Shown in pieces: positions 23,557 through 36,988 of a stretch of DNA of 64,000 nt (the first letter of the stretch is position 1; each line of letters begins with the position of its first letter). Source of the DNA: Gnetum montanum (taxonomy: Eukaryota; Plantae; Gnetophyta); contig MNCI01001825.1 of assembly GCA_015680685.1 (NCBI GenBank), positions 1,287,876 through 1,351,875 of the forward strand, given 5' to 3'. The notes under the pieces were generated by a model that was not told the origin of the DNA, did no database searches, and saw only the letters and a program-made list of their open reading frames with translations. A program made the translations under genes and the position numbers.

Positions 23557-26500
23557 GTCAAGCAAGAGATGGAAATCCATCATAGCCTCTCCACACATTT
23601 AACATTAGTAGGACCATAGGGCAAGCTTGTGAGACTGTTGAACCCCAACATGATCAACTGGGGATCGACCACAACTAGCACCATAGTAGCCTTAGAAGCA
23701 TCCCCTGACTGGCCTGAGCATCTAGTCCAAGCCTTAGATTTAGAGGTCAAGGATGTAACCAAGGACTCTCTTGTCGAGATGCCCATAACCACATCAAAGA
23801 GGGAAGTGAAAACATTGAAACTCAGTTCCCTCCTACACACGCAAACACACAAAAGTATAGCCAAAGTTTTGCAAGACAACATCAATGTCTTCGCATGGTT
23901 GTACAATGACACGCCAGGTCTGGACCCATGGCTGATTCAGCACAACATCATCTTAGACCCCCACGTAAAGACATTTAAGCAAAAAGCTTGCAAAGTCAAG
24001 CTAGAAATCATGCTGGCTGTGAGGGATGAAATCACTAAGCTATACCAAGCAGGTTTCATCCGTGTGGTTGACTATTCAGAGTGGATATCCAACATCATTA
24101 TGGTTTCAAATAAAATAGGAGGAATATGGATCTGTATAGACTTCCAAGACTTGAACAAGGCAACTATCAAAGATAACTTCCCACTCCCGAGCATTGATCA
24201 ACTCATTGACACCATGGCTGGTCATGCTCTGTTATCCTTTATGGATGGTTTCTCTGGGTACAACCAAATTCGCATTAACCCAAAGCACTAGCTGTCAACA
24301 ACCTTCATGACCCCATGGGGGACCTTCTGCTATACCATGATGCCTTTCGGGCTCAAAAATGCTAGAGCTACCTACCAGTGAGCCATGACCTACATTTTTA
24401 GTGACTACCTCCTAGGAACATTAAACAATGACATGGATGATATATTAGTCAAGCCTAGGAAGGCTGCTGATCACCCATGTGATCTGGAGGTAGTCCTCAA
24501 ATGCTGCCAAATGCACAATTTACACCTAAATCTTAAGAAGTGCATCTTCGGGGTCAAAACTGGATGCATGTTAGAATTCGTAGTATCAGAGGCTGGAATA
24601 CGAGTTGACCTTGACAAAGTCAAGGCCATCATAAATTTAACGCCTTCCACAAATCTCAAGGAGTCACGTGGTTTACAAGGTAGAGTGCAATTCATTTGAA
24701 GGTTCATAGCAAGGTTGATCAACAAGTTACACCCCATGCAACATCTTCTAAAGAAGGGGATTAACTTTGAATGGACAACCTAGTGTCAACAAGCCTTTGA
24801 CGATCTAAAGAAGGAGCTCTCGCACCTCCCAACAGTGCACCCACCACAAAGGGACAAGCCCTTCTTCATATACCTTGCCACCTCTGACACATCCATAGCA
24901 GCACTAGTATGTCAGAAGCAAGACGATGGTTCTGAGATACTAGTGTATTACCTGAGCCATGCACTAGTAGCATACGAGGCGAAATACAATGAAGTGGAAA
25001 GGAACTGCCTAGCCTTAGTGTTCACACTAAAAAAGTGGTAGCACTATCTATTCTGTACTACAACCAACATCATTTGTAAAAGCAATGTACTCCAGGCCAT
25101 CACTAGCAATCTATACGAAAGTAGCAAGATTGCCGAATGGAAGGCAATAACCACGGAATTCGACCTACGCTATGTAAGTCAATCATCGACAAAGGAAGAA
25201 GCCATAGCGACTGAACTCATGGCCTCGCCAGTCGACGACTAGGCAACCATAGACCCTGAATTCCCAGACGAATACATAAGGAATGTCAACATCATCCCAT
25301 TGAATTTCAAAGCCACCTTACACTTCAACGGTGCCTCAACCATGTGAGGAAGTAGCACTGCTTCCACAATCACATTTCCCTCTAGGGAAATGCATCCATT
25401 CGCTTATCGATTTACGTTCCCTCGCACCAACAATGTGGCAGAGTATGAGGAGTTACTTTGAGGCCTCTTAACTGCCCGAGCACTGCACATACAACACCTG
25501 GCAATCTGGGGAGATTCACAACTAGTAGTGAATCAAATCACCGAGGTCTACGCTTGCAAGGCTATGCACCTACAACTCTATTGCAACCTCGCAAAGACCT
25601 TGCTTAAGCAATTCACAACCACAAACATGCAACACATACCACACAATGAGAACACCGTGGCAGATGCCATAGCCACCTTGGTGTTAAACATTCCATCACA
25701 TTCCCTAGAAAACCTGCCAACCTCAATCATAGAATGCGCAGAGCCTATCACTCAAGTGGAACACATGGCATTTGTCAGTGCTAGAGATACCCAGGAGTGG
25801 TACGACAACATTAAAGCTTATCTACAACATGGTGAATCCCCAGGTGGATTAACATCAGCCCAAAGAGATGCAATCCATAAGCGTGCTAGGCAATACGTGC
25901 TCATGGGAAATGATGCCCTGTGCCAATGATCCTATGACGGGATATTGCTAGCATGCATGGGTGGTGAGCAAGCACAAAAGGTAGTTAATGAATTTCATGA
26001 AGGGCTGTGCAGTGGACACATAGCACCCAGGGCTATGGCTGCCAAAATCATATGCCTAAGGTACTATTGGCCCTACATGGAGTGTGAATGCTTGATGAAA
26101 GTCAAGATATGTGACACATGCCAAAGATACACAAATCTCATACACATAGCACCTACAGACCTACACCCAACGCAAATCACACAACCGATCCAATAATGGG
26201 GACTAGACCTCATAGGGCCTATCATGCCTAAGTCTTCCACGGGGAATAGCTTCACTATCACTGCCACAAAGTATTTTACCAAGTGGGTGGAAGCCATTCC
26301 CCTGAGGAAGAAAACTCCATAGCAAGTTTGCCATTTCATCCTAGATAACATCGTAACAAGGTTTGGGCTTCCAATGACTATTGTGACCAACAATGGACCA
26401 TAGTTCAGCAGTATGGAAACCTGAACCTTCTATAGCAATCTAGGCATTAAACAATCATTTTCTTCCCCTTATTATCCATAGGCAAATGGGCAAGTAGAGG

Positions 26501-27039
26501 CTACAAATAAGTCCATCATCAACTTGCTGAAACGGATGCTAAACAACAGCAAAAGGCGATGGCATGAACAAATCCTCTACGTCCACTGGGCCCACCGAAT
26601 GACGTGCAGAACTGCAACAAGTAAGATCCCTTACAGTCTTGTTTATGGATCTGAAGCTGTATTGCCTCTTGAGTTGCAGGTACCCTCACTCCGGATGATC
26701 CTTGCGGATGTCATGAGCGAAGCCCAGAACAACGAGTCATGAACCATTGATCTCAACTCAGTGGTGGAGGAGCATGCGTAGATGCTGAGATGCATCAAGT
26801 ACTACCAGAGCAAGCAGCAGCAGAAGCACCGAGAAAACCCACACCGGAGACCAGTGCAAAAGGGAGACCTCATCCTTAAGATTTTCTGCAAGCACATGAG
26901 CAAATTCTCAGCCAACTGGGAAGGTCCTTATGTTGTCACTAAAGCCTTTAGGAATGGATCCTTCAAGCTAGTGGACATGGATGACAATGAGCTCATCAAC
27001 TTAGTAAATCACTCATATCTCAAGCTGTACTATGTCTGA
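23557..27039 (+). pseudogene. pol: pol of element B: RT - RH - aRH - INT
   Basis: CIDFQDLNK, LSFMDGFSGYNQI, DMDDILV (RT); YLATSD (RH); LHFNGAST, TNNVAEYE, WGDSQLVVNQI (aRH); HEGLCSGH, CDTCQRY, KFSANWEGPY (INT with GPY/F). Confidence 0.94.
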
Positions 27040-27059
27040 AGCACAACGGCAACAACAAA

Positions 27060-27380
27060 CACCATCTGCTACGATGATAAACTGGAAATAGCACCAAGCA
27101 AGGTTCACAATGACAATAAACTAGTAGCATCAAGAAGCGCCCGCTACGGCGTAAAACTAGCTGCAACCATCCGCTAAGACGATAAACTAGCAGTCACACC
27201 AAGCACCGTCTGCTATGATGTAAAACTAGCACTGTTAGTCCACTATGACTATAAACTGGCATAACACGTCCGCTATGATGATAAACTAGCATGTACTGTC
27301 TGCTGGGATCTTAAGCCAGCACACTGGTCTGCTGGTACCTTAAACCAGCACACAGTCCACCAAGACCTTAAACTGGGTTC
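27060..27380 (+). repeat. ~30-bp degenerate tandem array in the 3' UTR of B
   Basis: About ten units with a GAYGAT/GTAAAACTRGC-like core. Confidence 0.8.
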
Positions 27381-28365
27381 GCGTTGCATCCCAACATGCA
27401 TCAACATTGAATGCACATCGAACAGGCGAGCGTGATGCCAATGCATGGGTGGGTCGTCGCATGCTCTAGAATGTAGTTCATGATGCAATGGGAATGCGGT
27501 CGGGAACATATGCAACGCCACCACCCTTGGCATCATGCTGATCCTCTGAAGATGTCATATGGCATCATGCTAGCCCTCCGAACCTACTGTGGCCATCGCC
27601 CATAGCCCTGATGGTGGTTCTTGGGCTAATTCCCGTAGCTGGAGTTCCAGTAGTATTGTGGCCTAGCCACAATATTATCTTCCCAATGCCTCGGCCTACA
27701 TGAAGTTTGGCTATTTGGTAGTTGATCCCATAGTCAAACTTAGCATGCATGTCTTAGGCGGGGATTCTAGTGCGTTTGCACCCACAACACCTCCTGGCAC
27801 CTCGGAGGCTAGCTCCTCCATGCTAGTGCTACCAAGGCCACTGCTAGCCTTCCTTCTTTGGGCATCTCACACCAACGATGATGCCCAAAAGTTGCAACAA
27901 TGCCAGTAGCTAGCAAGACCTTTGTCCCTATGGGCATGTCTTGCCATAGCAGCGAATGCTACTGCATCATGAAGCGAGTGCCTCGACTAACATGGCTACT
28001 TGAGAGTGCAAACTCCAGCACGTGCGTAACACAACTCGCTGCATGGAAGGTGTCTATAGGCAAGTCAAAACCCTTCATGGATGTAATGCAACTCATCCCG
28101 TGAAGGAAGCACCTCTCCTACAAGAGGTTGAAGAACAGCGCCAGTCAAAGATGAAAATGCAAAAGAGTCCCTCAGAGCACTCTGACGAGGGACTCTACTA
28201 AACATCATCTTTTCTCTCTGCCTTAACCTCTGCAAAACCAATGCAACACTCTCAAGTGCAGCCAAGTGATGTCTCGACACTTACCAAGTGAAAACCTTGG
28301 CATTTCGTCTGCTGCGGTGTTTCATTTTCTTTTCCAACATCTATTGAGCCTATTCTCCAAATGCC

Positions 28366-28381
28366 GACAAAGAGGGGCCAA
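28366..28381 (+). promoter_or_regulatory. PPT of element B
   Basis: GACAAAGAGGGGCCAA directly before the TG at 28382. Confidence 0.85.
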
Positions 28382-29991
28382 TGAAACACCCTAAAAAATA
28401 CGGGGTCATTCTTGCTTCCCCAAACCCTTACAGTCCGTGCAGCACTACGACAGTTCATCGAGAGGAGATCATTCTGAGTTTAGGTCAACTAGTTTGGCAA
28501 ATTCTCTACTTTGGGCATGAACAAGCTTCACGGGTCATCCTACCTATCCACCCAAGTAGTTTTCCTAGCTGACAGCCTACTCAGAAATGACACGCAGAGT
28601 TGGCAGCAACATCCTCGATGTGCAAAATAGTTCAGCAAGTTTTCTAAGTCACGAAGTCTCCTATGCTATGCTACACCTCATAGCATAGCAAGCTTCAAAA
28701 GATGATGGTAGAACAAAGTGCTACGCCACATAGCATAGCATGGCAACATCTTCAATACCACTTCCCTCCCCCAATTTTGAGTTCTATAATGATGTCCTTT
28801 TCCATCAGGAAGCAATGGACCATGTCTGCTGCTATGCTATGCTAAGCTACATGGCGCAGCAAGGTGTAGCAATCCTACGGGAAAGACAGAAGGCATCTCA
28901 AAGGGTAGAGTCAACTGAGTTCACAAAACTTGCATTGCAAGAGATATATTTTGTGAATCGGAAAAACTTTTGCAAATAAGACTAGTTGCTACACTACGTA
29001 GCATAGCATAGCATAGCAAATATGTGACATATAGTAGAACATACAACAAAGTGCTACGCTACGCCAACCACGCTACGCTAGAGAGCACAGTGAAGCATGC
29101 GGGTGGTTGTACGACATCAATGCACTTCACCTAATTGGACCATTGGCACACATCTCCCAACGTCGATGACATAATTATGGCATAGCAGACGCACAGTTGC
29201 GTCATGATAGACTCATAGCACAATGGTCCTGTAGGTTCAATGGTCATAAGCAGCACGTGTAGCACTAGCAAGTAAAAGTGGGCCCAAGGTATGTGGCGTC
29301 AAACCGCTCTTTCACATACCCATGGTCCTATAAATACCCCAACAAGTGGTATTTACCTCCTCTCCAAGAACCCGAATGACTTGGCAACAAAAGGACTCAA
29401 AAAAATAATAGCAAGTTCGAATTCTGAAATTATAGCATTCATAGCTCTCTTCTCGATACACTGTAATATCAAGCATTATAAGCTTTCTATTTGAGACTAC
29501 AAACAGTTAGCATTTTGTTATACTCCTCTTCTACCACCTTAGTAGAAGTCATACATGGTTAGCACCTAATTCTTCGCCCAAGCGCATAACCTATTTTGCT
29601 CATCTCGGTCACTCTCAGGATCTCTGCATCCCGCCACACTGTGTAACTGACCATATCCACTTGGACAGGGCAAACTTGTAGCTTCAGAGCGGTGCATTTT
29701 TCTAACTGTGCTTTGCTTTGTTTCCTACTTATTGTCATGTTTTTGGGCATTATTTTCCCTGCTTTATTTACCTTCAAGCATTACTTTGCATTTTCATTTA
29801 TGTTTCCAAATATACATTGCAAAAGGCTATATAATTGTCGACGTAAGTCCCTGTTTGATCGACCAAACCATTCAGGGTGCCCCATACCCGCACACACACC
29901 CAGCACGGCCCTCCCATAGGTACGGCGTCGAAACTATCATGCTCGTCAACCCCTCGGTGTTTTCTAGCCGCCGACATTTTTGGTCGCTATA
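28382..29991 (+). repeat. 3' LTR of element B
   Basis: Homologous to 11584-13204. Terminal CA is mutated to TA and followed by the TSD GCTAC. Confidence 0.94.
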
Positions 29992-30063
29992 GCTACCTAT
30001 GTTTTCTGGGGTCGCGTCATCTTAGCCTTTGCATCGTCATCACCACTATTTTGGTCATGGCAG

Positions 30064-31102
30064 ATGCATAAACGTTACATCATGGTTGCATGCAAGGCTG
30101 CTGAAACTGCCACCACCATGGTTGTTATAACCATGGGGGGTAGGGCTATCTAAGCCTCTTGTCCCTAGCATGCCATAACGTGAAACCCTTAGGAGGGCTA
30201 GGCCATGTGTGATGTGCAACGCGACACATTTTTTTTTGTTAGAGCATGTTGTCAATTATTTTTTTGCCATGCTAGGTTATTTGCATCTTCTTGCTACACT
30301 AGGTACGAGTAGAGAGTTATGCTACACTATCTGTTGCTAGATGTTGCTACGTTGCATGTGTATTATCTTTAAGAATGACGTTAGTCATTCGCTGATTGTG
30401 TCACGTAGGGCAGGGCGGAGATCTAGGTTGATCATTCTAGAAGTTAGAGGGCTTCTGTGCCATGTAAGCAGACCTATGGAAAATGCCCCTCCTCTTCAAA
30501 TATGTATGGGAGATTAAGGGGTCTAGTTCAGACAAGGGGCACAGGACTTCTTGGAATTCCTCCTTGATCATTTTAGTGTGATTGTTTGATCCTCCCTAGA
30601 GGAGGTGGAGGCATTCGACATAATAGAAGCCATGTTGCCTGGGGCAAGCCATGGCATTCTAAGGTTTTTTTACCGATGGAGCAGTTATGAGTAGGCAGGG
30701 AGAGGGACCCAACCAACACTTATCGAGGTTGAGGCGTTTAGCCTGGATCTAGGACATGCCCGAATATAGCTGCTATCACCAGTACAACACTTTATTCCTT
30801 GCACGTTTCATGACAACATGCTTTTAGAACCCACAAGGGATCATCTATTATGCTGGCAGGTGAGTTTTGCAGCCTTGCCCTATTATTTTGTGCAACGCTG
30901 GCCACATTGACCAAGTGCTAATGCTGATGTGTTTTTCACTAGGTTTTCTATTGATGACGATGAAGTTCACGACCGATCAGGTCAGCTAGCAACAACATGG
31001 CTAGCCTTACAGGAGTTCTCTTCTGCCAAGAACCTGTAGGTAGGGTTGATCAGCCAGTGTAGGGGGGGAGGGATGGAAAATCCTACCTACCCTAGCACAT
31101 TT
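30064..31102 (+). pseudogene. Exons 2-4 (part) of the antisense accessory gene of A, including the NIF-like exon 30409-30859
   Basis: Reads RLIILEVRGLLCHV...FRQGAQDFLEFLLDHFSVIV(W)SSLEE. Acceptor CGTAG at 30408, donor AG|GTGAGT at 30860, 83-bp intron to ACTAG at 30942. Confidence 0.78.
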
Positions 31103-32713
31103 TGAAACACCGTGGAAATTGTGAATTGGCCTCAGGTGAAGATTCACGATTCAGGCAAAATTTCGTGACAGAATTTCGGAAGGTAGAACAAGGGAAAGCA
31201 AGGCAAAACGGCACCCGGCATTAAGTCTCCAAGTTCCTTATAGATTTCAATTTTACTGTGTTTTCTGTCTTTACGCTACATTACACAACATAGCGTAATG
31301 ATGCTTAGCGTAATGTTTCTTAACATAGTCTGACATCAGAGGGTAACTTACTTCAACAGATTTGGTGAGGTTTAAGGCCTAAGCAACGTAATATGTGACT
31401 TCTCGCATATCCTACTAAGTCTTTTGTCCAGGGTTAGATTTACGCTCTGTTACGCAAAGCAACGTAATGAGCTTCAAAAATGTCAAAGGGAAAGTCCAAG
31501 GGAAGCGTGACAGATTGACCCCTTTCTTTTTGCAGATTGATCGCCTTACACTCGTTACGCTACACAGCGTACGTCAGCATAATTTATCACCAAGTTGATC
31601 ATTTTTTACGCTTCACTACGCTTTGCTGCGTAAATGAGCGTAAAATAGCTTGACCCACATTTCTATGCTTTGTTACGCTCGGCCATGTGACGCAGCGTAA
31701 ACAAGTGTAATACAGCATAAAGCCAGCAAAATAAGTTATGCATTTGCTATCCATACACACAATACGTTGATAAGCGTATTACGCGTAATCATGAAGCAGC
31801 CTCAGTAGAAGTGTCGACAGTGTACGTTGCAATGTGACGTGACATAGCCAGTTCGTCAAGTCAACGGTATCCGGAATGTTCAAGACACGTGTCATCAAGG
31901 CTGTGCCTTTTCTGCATATTATAAATACGTCAATTGGTAAAGAGAAAAAAAGGAATGGGGGAGGACTTTTTGGACTTCTTGAATAGAGAGCAGTGGCGAG
32001 CATCTTCAACTTTTGGCTATTATCATCCTTGAGTAGAAACAAGAGATATTTTTTTGAGCATTTCGGCAGCAGGAGCGATCATACCCTTTGGCGAAAATAC
32101 AGTTCTCCCATCGGTGATCCTTGGCAGTTTTGAGCAGAGACTATCTAAAGCAAAGAAGATAGATCAGAGATCGAGAGATCATCTAGTGCAGTTGGCAAGA
32201 TCTATTGATCATACACAGTTGGTTGATAGACATCCGAGCTTGACCTTCCTTACACTCCATCTTTGGCTTATAAGGTAGACCAAGCTCCATTCTGCACTCC
32301 TTGTTAAACTATTTTTTTTTCTTATTATTTTGTGTATGTTTCACACAAGATAATTAGAATCTTCTCATTGTAATTTTGTATACAAGATACTTGTTCCTTT
32401 GGGTTAAAGTACAGATCTGAAATCACGCATTTCTCTTAGATCTGATTCCCTTTGTCGCGTTAACGTTGTCATTATTGTAATTTATCCACATCGTTTTCCT
32501 CTACTTTTGCGATCTATCGAATCAAATCGCTCAACAAAACACCTATAATTTTCATCGATTTACTGATTTAGTAAGTCCCTGTCTGATCGACAAGACCATT
32601 CAGGGCACTGCGGATTTGTTTTCTCTAGCACAGCCCTTGCACGGATCCGTGGTTAAGACTGTGTACACAGATTTTGTTTGGTATTCCAGCTACCGACATT
32701 TTTCATCGTTACA
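31103..32713 (+). repeat. 5' LTR of element C
   Basis: TGAAACACC...GTTACA, with TATAAATA at 31920. Homologous to 47122-48727. Confidence 0.95.
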
Positions 32714-32719
32714 GTTTTT

Positions 32720-32736
32720 TGGTGCTAGAAGGAGGG
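32720..32736 (+). promoter_or_regulatory. Primer-binding site of C
   Basis: TGGTGCTAGAAGGAGGG, 6 nt after the LTR. Confidence 0.85.
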
Positions 32737-32962
32737 CCTAGGCTCCCATTCATATTTTTATGGGTAGCCCTGTAAGCTATCTATACCCGCATTGCCAAAA
32801 CGTAAACGTAATACCTCTAGGGGAGTTTAGAAAATCGTGCGGTATAGATCGGTCACAGTAACGATTCCTTTGGAATCCTACAAGGTAGAAAGCCTAATCA
32901 CGATCTTGCTTGTCCATCACCTTTTAGATCTAGTCATTTATTGCCATTAATCTACTTGACCA

Positions 32963-35900
32963 ATGGATTCTTCATACACAACCACAGCCACAATGATCAC
33001 AACTGACTCGGGTGCCACATCTATGAATCCCATCACTGCCACTAGACCAGCTTTCGATGTTATAGGACCTCAGGGACCGTCGCGTCGGTTGTTGAGATTG
33101 TAGGGCAAAGATCCTGTATTTACGATTGTGACCCTTGAGGAATATAACTTCATCTGTGTCAAGATCTAGGCAAAGCTTGCCCTTAGCTGAGCCGAAATCG
33201 AGGCGAAACGAAATTTCGAGATGATCCACCGAGGGGGTCAGGATTTTACCCCTACTACCTACGACATCATTTCTCTGATAGAACATTACCATGAAATCAT
33301 AACACAATTGGTCATGGCTAAGAGTCAGGCTACCTGGGCTATGCAAGAACCCCAGAATGGGGAGGAAGAAGATGACGAATTTGCAGCCCAGTCTGAACAT
33401 TCGTACCATACTCTGAGCCCCCATACCTACATAAATTCCTTATTCCCTCTCAACGGAGAAGCTACCCCTCTTAATCCTGTCATGACCACACAAACTCACA
33501 TTCCTGTCATTCCGCAAGCCACTATGAAGTTGCCAGGGCTGCAAGTGAAAATACCCCAAAATAACATGGAGGTGGTTTCATCGCCGCAAGTAATCAGCAT
33601 TCCGTCAGTGGTCCCTGTATCCATCGTGCCTCATTTCATCCCTTAGATCCAACCCCAAGCCATGTTTACAACTCGCCCATTGCAAAATCTAGCACAAACT
33701 CTGTCGCTGCCGCCCCCTTCCAACCCAACAGATCACAACTATCGTTCAACCACAGACATCCATCCAATAGCCCACCGGGAGTCAGTGGATCATCCCCATG
33801 GCACAACATAACTAGTCTGTAGTATATGGTGTGCAACACTTAGCTGCACCCACAACGCATGTTCCGCAGATGGTCCCACAATATCCCTATCCCTATCCCG
33901 TGCAACCGGCAGCGGCTAATCTCTCTATTCAACCCAGTGGATGGTGGTCTTCGTAGGCAGCTTCGTCCGCGGGGATCTCCGCTGCACCACCTACCAGTCA
34001 AGCCATTCCTCCATTTCCACTCCCTGGCACCGCTCTTCCAGTTCAACCCCCTGCTCCCCTTGCTCAAGCATCTTTATCAACAGGCTTAGATCAAGCATTC
34101 TTACTTATTCAAACCCTCATCGAGGAGGTTAGACGCCTTAAGGCCGCTGGCTCAGACACTATATAGATTATGGATTTCTATCAAGATGATCCTATTAGTC
34201 TAGCACTCCCCATGCTATCATTGTCCCCTAGGATGTCCTTACCCCATTTCACTAAATATAATGGGGAGGGAGATCCCAACGCTCACCTGGTCACCTTCAG
34301 ATCTGAATCTTTGTTGTTACAGCAGTGGCCTCACACAATCATCTGTGTCTTTGCGATGTCTCTGGTAGGGAAAGCTTTGGATTGGTATCAAGCCCTCCCT
34401 CGCTCTTCCAACCTTGGAAGAGCTTCTGACACAGTTCATGACTCGCTTTAAATACAACCTAAAGCCGAAGGTCAAGTTAGATCAACTCATGGGAGTGAAA
34501 TAGGACCCGCTCGAACCAGTCCAAAAGTTCATACAGCGATGGAGTGCTACTTTGAACGAAATTCATGAGCCAATCGCGGAGGCCCATTTGCTGGCCATAT
34601 TCAAAGGAGCAGTTAATGATTTTATCAAATCTAAGCTGTATTATCCTTTCCCTAGCTCCTTACATCTGGGCTTCGCCCAGACTAAAAGCATCCAAGATGC
34701 TATGAAGGCTAGCAAAGACCAGGCGTATGTCGCCTACAAAAATGCTAACAATAAAGGCAAGGATAAAGGTAAAATAACAACAACGACGGTAGCTGCATTG
34801 TCTGAGGGCGCTAAGAACAAAAATAAGAAGGCACCTACAGCATCACCCGAGACCATGGCCAGTGCGAGCAGCACCAGCCAAGACACATATGCCACTGACA
34901 AGCCCCCCCAGCCAGAACCAAACTTTGAGCGTAAAGATCGCTCAAAGTATGCAGCCCTTCCTATAAAACATTTGGAACTGTTGAAGAAACTATTAGGGGT
35001 AGGATACATTCAGACTAAGAAGATATCCGAACAAGCTCTGAAGCATCACAGGCGTCATTGTGAGCTAATGAAGAATCCTTCTTTAGCCCTACCTGACGAA
35101 CCACTAGTTCCGAGGTCTTTCAGGCTGGACCGTTTCTGTGACTACCACCAGTTGTGTGGTCACAAAATAGATTACTACTGGGCATTGAAAGATGACATTC
35201 AACGCATGATCGATGATGGTCATTTGAAACTAGACGGTAGTAGTCCAACGTATCTAGAAAACTAGGTGTTGCACGTGTACCAGGATCCGTTAAATGTAAA
35301 TAATGCACCCTACACGATCAACGTGGTAAGTACAGACAGTGAGAGGAAAGTACCACCCAAACAACCTTTTTTTTTGTGTGTACCTACCAACTCACCAAGG
35401 GCGGTAAGGTTTTCACTAGTAGCTAGTGGTGCCTCAAGGCCACCCTTCATCATTCGGGCGCCTTCTCCAGATTCAACTCAGCCTCCCAGTAACAGTAAAG
35501 CCACGGCTATGTCCGCGCCCACACCTAAGGCACCTTTCATTCTTAGGGTGTCAAAATCATTGACTGCCCCTTTTACGCAGGGGTAAGCCTCTAACACAAA
35601 TCACCAACCATCACCTAATAAACAAAAGGAAGGGGAGGCATCTAGTAATGCCGTAAAAAATCACCTTACGCTAGGCTTCACTAGGCCCAGGCCTTTGGCC
35701 TCTGTACCTTCGTCTGTGCCTCCTGGGAAGGACAAGGGTATAGAAACATAGCCACCCACCCTTGGCAAGAAAAAGAGCAACCCTCTGACCGACGCTGTTC
35801 CACCCCGAGAGATCCGTCTCTTGGGGCGAATGGAAGAAGACAGGGGGGACAAACAAGCTAGTAAAGAATGGGATCTGCTTGACGTGTTTACGCAGGTCAA

Positions 35901-36760
35901 ACAGGCTCTAAAATAAAAAAATACAACGCTGAGCCTCTATGACCTGCTCATGACATCTCAAAAACACCGTGAGGCTATGGTCCACATGCTAACATCCATA
36001 CCTGTGGAGGAAAGCTTACCAGCGGCGGAGGAAGCGATACACGCTGTCATGTTTCCCTCCGATGCTGAGCGACCTAAACCTACCTCATTGACCTTTCATG
36101 ACGAATCCATCAAAGATGATCTTAAGAAAGGTCAAGTGACAACTGAACCCATGTTTATCACCATCAGGGTCGGTCAATACCGGATCCGTAGGGTGCACAT
36201 GAATGACAGCGCAGCTACAAATGTCATCCCTTATCCCATCGTGTATAGGTTGGGTCTGGTCGACCAGATCAGTCCCTCAATGACAACGTGCGTAAAGTTG
36301 TTCAATGGAGCATGGGTTCAGGTCAAGGGAATGGGGCGCATTGAATTTGTGGTAGGGGATCAATTCCCAACGGATGCTACATTCCTTGTCGTCAAGGAGA
36401 TGCCCGAGTTCAACTTAATTCTAGGGAGGTCCTGGCTAGCCCAACTGAGGGCGGTTTCGTCACCAATCCATCAGGAGATACATCTCCCTTACGCAAGGGG
36501 AGAGGTTGTAATATGCGGTGACGAAATCACCCCCAGGACTATCAACAATATCGAGGAAGAACGGGGTTCGGAGATAGAAACATCGGATGATCAGACCCAT
36601 CCCTGAATCCCTGAACAAACCAAAACGAACGATGATAGTCTAGCTTGAACCAACCTGCCATTTTAGGATGGTGGTGTGAAAGAGTCAGACTGCAAACCTC
36701 CCCATCCTTACACACCACTGAGTGTAAAGGCCATCAAGAAACAATTATGAATTAGTAATT
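32963..36760 (+). pseudogene. gag: gag-protease of element C
   Basis: YNGEGDPNAHLVTF, KALDWYQALPRS, FCDYHQLCGHKIDY, VHMNDSAATNVI, FNLILGRSWL. Ends near KAIKKQL. Confidence 0.9.
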
Positions 36761-36988
36761 AATCTGAATGGCATTTACGCGCATTTTTACGTCTTTACTA
36801 ATTTTTCCTTTTACGCTTAGCAGTTTGCATTGTCAATCTTCTTTTATATATTCATACATATTTACACTTACTATTCATTATGCCATTCACATTCCTTTAT
36901 ATATGCTATTTACGCTCATTGATCATTTTAGTTCAATTACGCAGAAATATATGGTATTATCAATTATGCTTCCAGACTTACGCAGAGA

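Larger units (their letters stand above)
11584..29991 (+). mobile_element. Element B: full-length Tat-type Ty3/gypsy, 18.4 kb, same family as A
   Basis: LTRs at 11584-13204 and 28382-29991. TSD GCTAC at 11579-11583 and 29992-29996. PBS and PPT present. Confidence 0.96.
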
